A stretch of 29,698 nt of DNA from Ktedonobacteraceae bacterium (GTDB lineage Bacteria; Chloroflexota; Ktedonobacteria; Ktedonobacterales; Ktedonobacteraceae). The stretch covers positions 1 through 29,698 of the forward strand of contig JAFMRP010000001.1 of the NCBI GenBank assembly GCA_017354095.1, in the 5' to 3' direction. The translations under genes were made by a program, and so were the position numbers. Position 1 is the stretch's first letter. Each line of letters starts with the position of its first letter. A model generated the notes under the pieces. The model was not told the origin of the DNA. It ran no database searches and saw nothing but the letters and a program-made list of their open reading frames with translations. This document shows, in pieces, positions 1-8,597 of this stretch.

Positions 1-26
1 CCGTTTTGCGCCCTTTGTGGGAGGGA

Positions 27-50
27 AGGGCGGGCAGCCTTCCGCCCTAC
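27..50 (-). repeat. GC-rich hairpin starting with GTAG (REP-like or 3' stem downstream of the L,D-transpeptidase)
   Basis: Minus strand reads GTAGGGCGGAAGGCTGCCCGCCCT; arms AGGGCGG 27-33 and CCGCCCT 42-48 are complementary. No U-tract. Only one copy in the window, so repeat status is unproven. Confidence 0.3.
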
Positions 51-75
51 TCCACCTCAAGCAGGTGTTGTTATT

Positions 76-1779
76 TTAGTAGACGATCACAGGTGTGTTG
101 TAGCCGGTATTGTTGTAGAGCCAGGCGGCCTCGTCGGGTGGCATATTGAAGCAGCCGTGGCTGCCGGTGCCGCCAAAGGTTTCGTCGCCGCTGGGATCGT
201 AGTGTGGGAACTGTTTACCGGGACCGTAGACCGCGCGCCACCAGCTATCGTGGAAGAAGTAGCCACCCTCGTGATATTCCATCGCATACTTAATCTTCGT
301 ATCGGGATACCAGAGAGCGGACCCCTTCGGTTCCGTGGATTTAAAGACCGTTGGTGACTCGCGGACAAAGATGTGCCAGAGGCCAGGCACGGACGGCTTA
401 TCATACTGGCCGGTAACGATCTGAGTGGCTCTGATCAGCTTGCCGTCCTGGTAGACGCGTACCGCCTGCTCGGTCAGTGAGACAATGATCACCTTGCCCG
501 AAGTCGCGCCATGGAGTTGCATGAGGCGCTGGTCGGTAGCATGAGGTTGATTGAACGGTGTTTTGTCATTGTAGTTATCGGCATTCGCCTTCAAATGAGC
601 CGTCTCGTAGTTTATCCAATCGATGGCGCCCAGGTAGTCATCTTTCGTCTGGGCAGCGGCCACAGCGGCGTCCAGGTCCTCACCAACGCCAAGGGTATCG
701 TATTCAAAGCCCATGCGATAGGTCACGCCATTGAATGTATCGTGGAACTGATGTGTGTCGCCAAACTGTTTCACTTTCTGATGGAACTGTTTCAGCAGGT
801 AGTTTGCCTTACCGCTGAGCATGGGCAATTCCGTCGAAGACAGATCGGAGTCGATTCTGGAAGAGACTTTCAGGAAATCGCTGAGCGACTTCGCGCTGTC
901 CAGCGCCGTCTTATCGTCCTGCAACTTCTTTTCGTATGACGTCGTATTTACGCCATACTGCTTCATCTGCTTAATATTATCGCTGAGCTGCTGCAGTTTG
1001 GCGGCACCGACATAGGGGATAGCCTGGGTGCTGAGCGTGTTCAGTTGTGTAGTCTGCGCATTGATCTGGCCGATCAGTTTTGTGAAATCTTCCGATGTAT
1101 TGGCGGCGCGGAAAAGGGTAACGTCATCATTAATTTGTTTATCGGCTGCCATCGTATCAAGTTTTGAGGCCTTCAACTGACTGACAAGACTGCGGAACGA
1201 ATTCAGCTTATCGTTGGCGGGACCCATCATACGAAGGGCTGCCGTAGAGGTCTGTGCCTGATTGCTAATCAGCGCATAATCTTTGGGCAATTTAGCCTGA
1301 TTCAGCTTGCTTTGCTGCTGAGTCAGAATATCAGAGAATTTTTGCGCCGAGACGAAGCCCTGTGCCTGGCGTTGAGAGAGCACAGTGCCGAAGGTCTGTA
1401 GATCCTGCGCTGCCTGGTAATCCAGTTGCTGAGTTGCCTGAACCTCCAGGCCCTGCACCTGGAGAGTCAGCATTTGATAGCGTTGTGCCAGATTACTATA
1501 GTAGTCGGTGACTGGCTGATCGACCAGCGCGAGAGGGGCGTTCGACTTGTTAAGCTGCTGGCTCTGTTGAATAATCGGTTGTAAGAGGGAATCGGGAACG
1601 CCAATACTTTGGGCATGAGCGATTGCATTATCAAAATTTGTTTTGTTCTGGTTAGCTTTCTGTTGTGTTTGAGCATCCCCTCCGCAGGCGCTCAAGAGTA
1701 GAGAGAGAAGCAAGGCGACAGCGAAGAGGGCCGGAAGCTTTTTATAGGTACTTCCTCGTGATATAGCGGGACAGGTCAT
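76..1779 (-). CDS. L,D-transpeptidase (YkuD family) lipoprotein with long helical N-terminal region
   Basis: Lipobox LSAC-G after a hydrophobic stretch. C-terminal domain IIVSLTEQAVRVY..TQIVTG..PG.W..F, with H(DSWW)...SHGCFN catalytic His/Cys motif. Confidence 0.9.
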   Translation of the reverse strand: MTCPAISRGSTYKKLPALFAVALLLSLLLSACGGDAQTQQKANQNKTNFDNAIAHAQSIGVPDSLLQPIIQQSQQLNKSNAPLALVDQPVTDYYSNLAQRYQMLTLQVQGLEVQATQQLDYQAAQDLQTFGTVLSQRQAQGFVSAQKFSDILTQQQSKLNQAKLPKDYALISNQAQTSTAALRMMGPANDKLNSFRSLVSQLKASKLDTMAADKQINDDVTLFRAANTSEDFTKLIGQINAQTTQLNTLSTQAIPYVGAAKLQQLSDNIKQMKQYGVNTTSYEKKLQDDKTALDSAKSLSDFLKVSSRIDSDLSSTELPMLSGKANYLLKQFHQKVKQFGDTHQFHDTFNGVTYRMGFEYDTLGVGEDLDAAVAAAQTKDDYLGAIDWINYETAHLKANADNYNDKTPFNQPHATDQRLMQLHGATSGKVIIVSLTEQAVRVYQDGKLIRATQIVTGQYDKPSVPGLWHIFVRESPTVFKSTEPKGSALWYPDTKIKYAMEYHEGGYFFHDSWWRAVYGPGKQFPHYDPSGDETFGGTGSHGCFNMPPDEAAWLYNNTGYNTPVIVY

Positions 1780-1919
1780 TGGAATGGGAGCCTCCGATTT
1801 CTATGGCACATAGATAGAGAGAATAGTATAAACCCGATACAAGGCAAAAGATTTGGATATTACCCTTCATTAATATATATCGTCTGATAGGCAGAAAATG
1901 TCACAAAAGTTCGGGGAGT

Positions 1920-1957
1920 ACCAGGCCGCAATGATCAATGGTAGAGAGCGGCCTGGT
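1920..1957 (-). terminator. Inverted repeat just after the stop codon of the cystathionine lyase gene
   Basis: ACCAGGCCGC 1920-1929 / GCGGCCTGGT 1948-1957: perfect 10-bp arms, 18-nt loop. The U-tract is weak and displaced. Confidence 0.35.
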
Positions 1958-1968
1958 GCATGGTTGGA

Positions 1969-3105
1969 TCAGGACAGAGCATGTTCGAGATCTTGCAGCA
2001 GATCATCGATATCCTCGATGCCAACGGAAAGACGCAGGAGGGTATCGGTCAGGCCGCGAGCCTCGCGTATCTCTTTGGGAATAGAGCCATGGGTCATGCT
2101 AGCGGGGTGGCAGACCAGGGACTCGACACCGCCGAGGCTTTCCGCGAACGTGAAGACCTTGAAACGTCGCACGACTTTATCTACATCGGCGAGGGTGCCT
2201 TTAAACTGGAAGGAGACCATCCCGCCAAAGCCGTTCATCTGGCGCTTTGCCAGTTCATGATCCGGATGTGAGGGAAGGCCGGGGTAGTAGACCTTTTCGA
2301 CGCGCGCATGTTCGGACAGGAAGCGTGCAACCGAGATGGCATTCTCCTGATGCTGGCGCATGCGCACGGCCAGCGTTTTAATGCCGCGCAGCGTGAGCCA
2401 GACATCGTGGGGACCGGGAACGCCACCGGCTGCATTCTGGAAGAACTGGAGTGATTCGTAGACCGTCTTATTATTGGTGACGACGGCACCGCCGATCACA
2501 TCACTGTGCCCGTTGATATACTTGGTCGTGCTATGCAACACAATATCGGCCCCCAGGTCCAGGGGCTGCTGGAAGTAGGGGCTGGCGAAGGTATTGTCCA
2601 CCACGAGCAGAAGGTTATGGCGATGGGCGATTCTGGCGAGGGCGCGAATATCGACCAGGCTCAGCAGAGGGTTCGTCGGTGTTTCCAGCCAGATAAGCTT
2701 CGTGTTGGGGCGGATAGCTTTTTCATAGCTGGCGACAGAGGCGGCTGAGACGTAGCTCGTCTCGACCTTGTAGCGGCCCATAATCTGCTCAAAGAGGCGG
2801 TAGGTCCCGCCGTAGAGATCGTCGCAGGAGACGATGTGATCGCCGGAACTGAGCAGGCTGAGCACGGCATGTTCGGTAGCCAGTCCTGAGGCGAAGGCGA
2901 GGCCATATTTGCCGTTTTCGAGGGAAGCGATACAGGTTTCCAGCGCGGTGCGGGTTGGATTGCCGGTGCGCGCGTATTCATATCCTTTATGCTCACCCAT
3001 GCCAGTCTGGGCATAGGTAGAAGTCTGGTAGATGGGGGTCATGATCGCGCCCGTGGTTGGGTCGGATTCCTGGCCCACGTGTATGGCTCTGGTCGCGAAT
3101 TTCAT
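1969..3105 (-). CDS. PLP-dependent cystathionine gamma-lyase/gamma-synthase (Cys/Met metabolism family; MetB/MetC/MccB type not resolvable by eye)
   Basis: YARTGNPTR, AFASG, DDLYGGT, WLETPTNP, VVDNTFASP, HSTTKYINGHSD (PLP lysine), AESLGGVESL, LLRLSVGIE. RBS GAGGAG upstream. Confidence 0.95.
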   Translation of the reverse strand: MKFATRAIHVGQESDPTTGAIMTPIYQTSTYAQTGMGEHKGYEYARTGNPTRTALETCIASLENGKYGLAFASGLATEHAVLSLLSSGDHIVSCDDLYGGTYRLFEQIMGRYKVETSYVSAASVASYEKAIRPNTKLIWLETPTNPLLSLVDIRALARIAHRHNLLLVVDNTFASPYFQQPLDLGADIVLHSTTKYINGHSDVIGGAVVTNNKTVYESLQFFQNAAGGVPGPHDVWLTLRGIKTLAVRMRQHQENAISVARFLSEHARVEKVYYPGLPSHPDHELAKRQMNGFGGMVSFQFKGTLADVDKVVRRFKVFTFAESLGGVESLVCHPASMTHGSIPKEIREARGLTDTLLRLSVGIEDIDDLLQDLEHALS

Positions 3106-3125
3106 TGACGATGCTCCTCAACAAC

Positions 3126-3159
3126 GGCTACTGCTCTGTACGATGACAGAGCAGTAGTC
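3126..3159 (-). promoter_or_regulatory. Stable hairpin in the predicted 5' leader of the cystathionine lyase gene
   Basis: CTACTGCTCTGT 3128-3139 / ACAGAGCAGTAG 3146-3157: perfect 12-bp stem, 6-nt loop, lying between the predicted promoter and the RBS. Confidence 0.55.
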
Positions 3160-3192
3160 GGTCCACGCGAAAACGATATTATATTTGCAAGT

Positions 3193-3221
3193 ATTGTACT
3201 CCCTGCTTGCCTGGAACTCAA
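3193..3221 (-). promoter_or_regulatory. Sigma70-type promoter for the cystathionine lyase gene
   Basis: Minus strand TTGAGT-17 bp-TACAAT. Confidence 0.55.
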
Positions 3222-3407
3222 GGCTTCGCACCATAGCGATATTCTGGTACAGAATACGCAGAAAAGTGCTGTGTTTGAAGCCATGTTTTCACACCGGATA
3301 TGTGAAATAATACCTTGTCTTCTGATCCATAGAGCATTACACTACACTCATGAATAAGAAACGTTGTGGGGCTGATACTAGTGTATATATTCAGGGAATA
3401 AAAAAAT

Positions 3408-4250
3408 ATGTATAAAAAGATACCGTCAATTACTGGTATGCTCTGCCTGATTATGATTATGCTGGCCGGCTGCGGGAGTGCAGCGCAGGGAGGAGGGGAT
3501 AACAAACCTCCTACTCCAAAGCCAACGCAGGCAGCTACAGCCACAGCGACAGCAGGTAATAATGCCACGTTTAAGATCACGCAGGTAGATATGGCAGTCA
3601 CGCCATCCTCTATTGCCGGAATGGCATGTGGTAGCAACGTCACGGTTGTGTATAAGGCAACGCTACATGCTCCAGCCAATAATCCTGGTGGCACCGCGGC
3701 ACTTGACTATACCGTTAATAACGGGCGATCAAGCGCGGCGGGGAGCGTAGCCTTCCAGCCGGGTGAAACGGAAAAGACCTTTGTCTTTCAGTGGTCAGGC
3801 AAACTGGAAACGGATCATGTCTACCCCGGTCAGGGCGGAGTCCAGGTCACCATGCCCAACCAGATCACGTCATCGATGGTAAAGCCGTCTGGTGAATGCG
3901 CTCTGAACGCGCCCTTCAAAGTGAACAGCGTGGGTTTGACCGTGAGCCCGTCCAGCATCGCTGGCGTCGCATGTGGCACGCATATGACATTCACGTACAC
4001 CGCCACATTCCATATGCCTGCCTACAGCCCTGGTGGTACTATCAAGTTCAGCTACACGCTCAACAACGGACGATCTGAAAAGGCTGCCAGCGTCAGTGTC
4101 GCGCCGGGCGAGACCACGAAAACCTACACATTTACCGCCACCAGCGATCTGCCGGACGATCACACCTCTCCGGGTATAGGGATCGTCATGGTGACCAATC
4201 CGAACAACGTGCTCTCGCCAGGTGCTTACCCGGCAGGGACATGTCACTAA
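3408..4250 (+). CDS. Lipoprotein with two tandem ~110-aa beta-rich domains, function unknown
   Basis: Lipobox LAGC-G, Pro/Thr/Ala linker, then an internal duplication starting at FKIT (3570) and FKVN (3915). Followed by a terminator. Confidence 0.85.
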   Translation: MYKKIPSITGMLCLIMIMLAGCGSAAQGGGDNKPPTPKPTQAATATATAGNNATFKITQVDMAVTPSSIAGMACGSNVTVVYKATLHAPANNPGGTAALDYTVNNGRSSAAGSVAFQPGETEKTFVFQWSGKLETDHVYPGQGGVQVTMPNQITSSMVKPSGECALNAPFKVNSVGLTVSPSSIAGVACGTHMTFTYTATFHMPAYSPGGTIKFSYTLNNGRSEKAASVSVAPGETTKTYTFTATSDLPDDHTSPGIGIVMVTNPNNVLSPGAYPAGTCH

Positions 4251-4271
4251 TAATACTAACAACATTAGATT

Positions 4272-4306
4272 TGCTTCTATGCCAGGTTGGCGTAGAAGCA
4301 TTTTTT
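4272..4306 (+). terminator. Intrinsic terminator
   Basis: TGCTTCTATGCCA-GGT-TGGCGTAGAAGCA (one G-U pair) followed by TTTTTT, about 20 nt after the stop at 4250. Confidence 0.85.
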
Positions 4307-4425
4307 ATGCTGAGACTAGTTGCTCATTGTATGAGCGGTGCGTGCAAGAGCTGGCGATACACAATACTAGCCGTAGTGGATGAAAGGGTGCAACCATGAT
4401 AGCTGTTGGAACGTCTAACTAAAAG

Positions 4426-5265
4426 GTGAGCAAGGAAACAGTTTCCAGAGAAGGAGCACGTGCCATGATGTCAGGGGAAGAGCCACCGATCATCCAGCGC
4501 CAGCCAGAGCGCGAGATGAAGCAACCGCGTGTCGGAGTGCTGCTGGTACATGGGCTGAATGGCAGCCACCAGGATATGGAAGAACTGGCGATATTTCTCA
4601 CCCAACACGGGATGGTGACTGAAAATATGTTACTGCCCGGCCATGGTACGCATGTACGCGACCTGCTGTCACTGGGCTGGACCGATTGGTCAACGGCGGT
4701 GCAGGTCGAAACGAAGCGGCTCAAACAGCGCTGCGACCTGGTATTTTTGATCGGTCACTCGTTGGGGGGCGCGCTCTGCCTGCACACGGCAGCGCATGAG
4801 CAGGTGCATGGTATTGTCTCAATGTGTGCTCCACTGCATATGTTTTTCTGGACCAGGCCCGCCGTACAGCTGGCGATGCGCTTCACCCCAGTGCTGCCCA
4901 CCGTGCGCGAGGACGTACGAGACGGTAAGGCCAGGAAGCGCTATACGCGCAACGTCTATCGCTGGACACCGATGAGGCCGGTAAATAGTATGTTGGACTT
5001 CCTGCCGACGCTGCGACGTGAGATACCGCGCATCAGCGCACCCGTCCTGGTAATGAACGCCATACGGGACCATGTAGTGCCGGCAAGCGATGGTTTTGAG
5101 ATCTACCGTATCATTGGCTCACACGATAAAGAACTGCTGACACTTCATCGCTCATATCATGTGATCATGCTGGACCATGACCGAGATGAGGTATTCGCGC
5201 GCACGCTGAGCTTCCTCAAGCGTCAGATCGCACAGTACCATGATATAACAGAACAAACGGCATAA
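4426..5265 (+). CDS. Alpha/beta-hydrolase, carboxylesterase/monoacylglycerol-lipase type
   Basis: GVLLVHGLNG, LLPGHG, nucleophile elbow GHSLGG, acid in AIRDHVV, His in SYHVI. The true start may be a downstream ATG. Confidence 0.9.
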   Translation: MSKETVSREGARAMMSGEEPPIIQRQPEREMKQPRVGVLLVHGLNGSHQDMEELAIFLTQHGMVTENMLLPGHGTHVRDLLSLGWTDWSTAVQVETKRLKQRCDLVFLIGHSLGGALCLHTAAHEQVHGIVSMCAPLHMFFWTRPAVQLAMRFTPVLPTVREDVRDGKARKRYTRNVYRWTPMRPVNSMLDFLPTLRREIPRISAPVLVMNAIRDHVVPASDGFEIYRIIGSHDKELLTLHRSYHVIMLDHDRDEVFARTLSFLKRQIAQYHDITEQTA

Positions 5266-5285
5266 AGCAGGAGCAATAACGAATT

Positions 5286-6680
5286 TTGACCAATTCACGG
5301 AGCAGCCCATTAGAGGAGAAGGAACAGGTTCCACCATCGCAGCCGGCAAGTAGCAGCCCCAGAGTAAGTATTTTTATCGTGCTGGCCTTGAGTGGAGCGC
5401 TGCTGATAGTGTTTACTGGCCTGCTATTCGGCGATCTACCACAGGCGCTGAGCAAGCAAGCTGGCACACAACAGCCATCAGCGACGGCGCAGGCGCAAAA
5501 TGGTCCCTTGAGCGGCCTGACGCGTGTCGAGCCTGACCAGTTGCTACCAGCGGATCGCGCGCTTCTCTATGAAAAAGCCAACAAGCTGTATGTCGTGCCC
5601 ACTGATGGGAGCAAAAGCAAGCAGCTAGCGCTGCCGGGTTATGGCTACGATCAGTCCGCGCCACCGCTCTTACTACCATCGGGGCAGCTACTCTACAGCG
5701 GTGACGGAATATGGCTAGCCGACCTCGCACACAACACGCAGCAACAGCTTGCCCAATTGCCAAAGGGCGAAGTGATTACGTCAATGGTCGCCAGCAGTGA
5801 TGGCTCCATGCTGGCATGGAGCAGCGCGCCGGCCAATGGCCAGGGGATGATACGGCTGTTCGCAGGTCCGCTCCACGCCGGCAAGCAAGTATATGAACAG
5901 CAAGCTGGCCATTGTCCCTGCTTCCGCGCCTTCGCCTTCCTAGACGCAGCCGGTAAGGATGCTAACCGAACCCTGTTGCTGACCGATGATCGTGGCGATC
6001 ACCGCTCCGTACGCTTCGGGCTGTGGAGGCTGGACCTGGCAGCCAGTTCAACTGGCAAACCGGAGTTGCTCATGAAAAACGAGCAACAGGGCCCGCTGGC
6101 GCTGCTGGCTCGCAGCAACCTGCTGCTCTACTCAGACAACGAGGGCGTTGTGCCCAGTCCAACCGATCATAGCGTGCCGGACGAGATCGCCACATTGAGC
6201 TATGCCAACAGCCTTGCCATGACCACTATCCAGGCTGGAAGCGGGTCGTTCCTTGACAAGCCAGCTGACATATTGTCGGAGCAGGACATGCGGAGCAACA
6301 TCGCCAGCGTGCGCTGGGTCACGACGCCGATGTTCTCACCCGATGGACACACCCTGGCATACATTGCGTTTTCTAGTGACGACTACGACCCCTTTGACCG
6401 TCACAGCGCGCTCTACACGACACAGTTCAGCGCTGCCGATCAGCCATTACGGGCAGGTAAGTCCCAGTTGCTAGCAACAGCCACAACGCACTTTATTGAG
6501 CTCGGTCCCTGGCTAAATGATCATCAACTGACATTCTATAGCGATGGTTCGCTCTACACAGTCGATACGAGCACTGGCAAGGTCGCGGCAATTACCAGTA
6601 CGGGTGGAGCCTATACACGCATCGTAGGCGTTGTAGACCGGAGCATCATGGACAGTGAGCAAGAAAGCGGACAACCATAG
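5286..6680 (+). CDS. Single-pass membrane-anchored protein, probable TolB/WD40-like beta-propeller
   Basis: One hydrophobic helix (VSIFIVLALSGALLIVFTGLLF). Blade-like segments SSDGSMLAW, FSPDGHTLAY, LTFYSDGSLYTVD. TTG start with AGGAG upstream. Confidence 0.7.
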   Translation: MTNSRSSPLEEKEQVPPSQPASSSPRVSIFIVLALSGALLIVFTGLLFGDLPQALSKQAGTQQPSATAQAQNGPLSGLTRVEPDQLLPADRALLYEKANKLYVVPTDGSKSKQLALPGYGYDQSAPPLLLPSGQLLYSGDGIWLADLAHNTQQQLAQLPKGEVITSMVASSDGSMLAWSSAPANGQGMIRLFAGPLHAGKQVYEQQAGHCPCFRAFAFLDAAGKDANRTLLLTDDRGDHRSVRFGLWRLDLAASSTGKPELLMKNEQQGPLALLARSNLLLYSDNEGVVPSPTDHSVPDEIATLSYANSLAMTTIQAGSGSFLDKPADILSEQDMRSNIASVRWVTTPMFSPDGHTLAYIAFSSDDYDPFDRHSALYTTQFSAADQPLRAGKSQLLATATTHFIELGPWLNDHQLTFYSDGSLYTVDTSTGKVAAITSTGGAYTRIVGVVDRSIMDSEQESGQP

Positions 6681-6710
6681 CGCAGCGAAAAAGGACACCC
6701 AACAGCGATT

Positions 6711-7913
6711 GTGAAGAGAGATACATACAGGCTAGACTTCTTGCAAGAGCGTGCCGAGAACAAAGAGCGGATCTTCTCCAGCACGGAATTTGAACTGCTG
6801 GAGAATGCACGCAAGAGACTATATGAAGCTGATCAGCTAGTGGTGCGGCTGGGGGGCAAGGCTGGCCGGTTGGGAGAATGTGTCGTAGGGACAGGGCTGC
6901 TAGAGACCACATTGCAGGCTCTACACGCTTTAAAGAGGGAGGGCGTCGCACTGCATATCGTGGTCGATGAGAGCGTGGCGGAACTATTTGACGCGCAGCT
7001 ATACCGGGAGCGATACTGGCCGCAGATCACTATCGAGTACGCAGCGCATACTACACACCTCACGTTGGAGACACTGGCGAAATCAGGGCAACAGGTACTG
7101 GCCCTGGACTTTCATGGTGGACATGACGACATGCCCTACCTGGAGCAGAGCGCGGATGTAGCAATGCTTGGTCATCTCTTTCGCACAGGCATCAGAAATT
7201 ACGCTATTCGCGGTTCGGAGCGTCGCTACGCCGATTTTGTCGAGGATCTGTTCGCGCTGCCGACGGGAACGATTGGCGGCCAGCAGGCGCAGCCACGGCT
7301 CTATCTCTCTCCGGACAATGAGCGGCGCTATCATGAACTGGTAAAGGCGTTAGGGCTGGACATACATGCAGTGCAGGTCGTCTGTTTCTTTCAATCGGTG
7401 GTACTGGCAAAGTGCTACGAACGTTGGGACGATGCCATGCAGATGCTTTGTGAAGAGATGGCGCGGAGACGGCCTGAAGAGCACATTGACTTCCTGGTGG
7501 CCTGCGGTCCCGAAGCGGATTTGCCAGATGGCTTTAAGTGCAGCGACATGGAAGACTGGTTCCGGGATTTCGAGGGATATAAGGGCAACGCGCACGTGCG
7601 AACAGCCACAATACCATCATTGCGCGACCTGGCAACGCTAATTAAGCATGCCAGGCTGGTACTGGCCAACGACACCGGGCCTGGGCATATCGCGGGCGCG
7701 CTGGGAGCGCCGACCGTCACGCCCTATCTACCAGGGAACCTCTATTCGCAGCGCGTCTGGTCCTCGACGCTCTGGCATCATGGCGTGACGCTAGAGCCGA
7801 GCCCCTACAGCTTTGAGCAATTGAAGAACGCCGTATTATGGGGCAAGACGGATATCATCAACAGTATCGCGCCCAAGCAACTCTTCGAGGAGATGCGAGC
7901 CTGTTTGTTTTGA
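6711..7913 (+). CDS. Glycosyltransferase family 9 (WaaC/WaaF heptosyltransferase-like)
   Basis: C-terminal signature LRDLATLIKHARLVLANDTGPGHIAGALGAPTV. N-terminal RLGECVV aligns with the GT9 LGDVV motif. Confidence 0.85.
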   Translation: MKRDTYRLDFLQERAENKERIFSSTEFELLENARKRLYEADQLVVRLGGKAGRLGECVVGTGLLETTLQALHALKREGVALHIVVDESVAELFDAQLYRERYWPQITIEYAAHTTHLTLETLAKSGQQVLALDFHGGHDDMPYLEQSADVAMLGHLFRTGIRNYAIRGSERRYADFVEDLFALPTGTIGGQQAQPRLYLSPDNERRYHELVKALGLDIHAVQVVCFFQSVVLAKCYERWDDAMQMLCEEMARRRPEEHIDFLVACGPEADLPDGFKCSDMEDWFRDFEGYKGNAHVRTATIPSLRDLATLIKHARLVLANDTGPGHIAGALGAPTVTPYLPGNLYSQRVWSSTLWHHGVTLEPSPYSFEQLKNAVLWGKTDIINSIAPKQLFEEMRACLF

Positions 7914-7931
7914 TTAGAAAAGGAGCCTGGC

Positions 7932-8456
7932 ATGATACAGGGGGAAAAGATCTATTTACGCGTTATAACCCGGTCTGATTTAGCGCTTCTTAATGCCTGG
8001 GCTAATGATCCTCACGTTCAAAGTGAGTACGGCTCATTTGGTCTACGCCCCGCAGATGTTTACGAGCGACGTTTCGCTGAAAATGGGCTACTCAGCGCAC
8101 AGTCTGGTCAATTGCTGGTCGTCACACATGATGATACCCCCGTGGGGCGTGTCAGCTACTATCAAGTAGGATATGGCCCCAACGAGGGAAGTAAGGCCTA
8201 CAACATCGGTATCAGCATTATTACCGAACATCGTGGCAAAGGCTACGGAGTCGAAGCACAAAGCCTCTTAGCCGCTTATCTCTTCTCAACGTACCCTATT
8301 ATGCGCGTTGAGGCTGTCACCGATAGAGAAAATATTCGAGAACAACGAGCATTAGAGAAAGCAGGCTTTACCCGCGAAGGTATCTTGCGTCAGGCACAAT
8401 GGCGCTCCGGCAGGTGGCATGACCAGGTCATGTATAGTAAGTTGCGCGGGGAGTAG
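7932..8456 (+). CDS. GNAT N-acetyltransferase, RimJ/RimL type
   Basis: GEKIYLR, acetyl-CoA motif HRGKGYGVEA, N...QRALEKAGFTREGILR, GRWHD. RBS AAGGAG. Confidence 0.92.
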   Translation: MIQGEKIYLRVITRSDLALLNAWANDPHVQSEYGSFGLRPADVYERRFAENGLLSAQSGQLLVVTHDDTPVGRVSYYQVGYGPNEGSKAYNIGISIITEHRGKGYGVEAQSLLAAYLFSTYPIMRVEAVTDRENIREQRALEKAGFTREGILRQAQWRSGRWHDQVMYSKLRGE

Positions 8457-8504
8457 ACCAGAGCAAATCTCAAGAGTCCTATCAGGTCCACAATTATCCA
8501 CTTG

Positions 8505-8597
8505 CTATCGACTTTTTGTAGCAGCAGGCGCTGTGCGGAAGTAGACGATCAGGAAAAGGACAGCCAGTAGCGCATCGATACTGCCGGTGATGAGCAT
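8505..8597 (-). CDS. Putative 30-aa small membrane protein MLITGSIDALLAVLFLIVYFRTAPAATKSR (below the ORF-track cutoff)
   Basis: ATG at 8597 and TAG at 8505-8507, translated by hand. One hydrophobic helix followed by a basic tail. Consensus promoter upstream, AAAAAGG 11 nt before the ATG, and a perfect TATAAT 5 nt before the ATG. Confidence 0.55.
   Translation of the reverse strand: MLITGSIDALLAVLFLIVYFRTAPAATKSR

Noticed and set aside
1898-2271. Two plus-strand ORFs (120 and 103 aa)
   Set aside because: Both overlap the 3' end of the conserved cystathionine lyase gene on the opposite strand and show no family motifs.
3106-3400. SAM riboswitch or T-box upstream of the cystathionine lyase
   Set aside because: Reading the minus strand by eye found no S-box core or T-box motif, and the predicted leader is only about 80 nt. 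An Infernal scan would be decisive.
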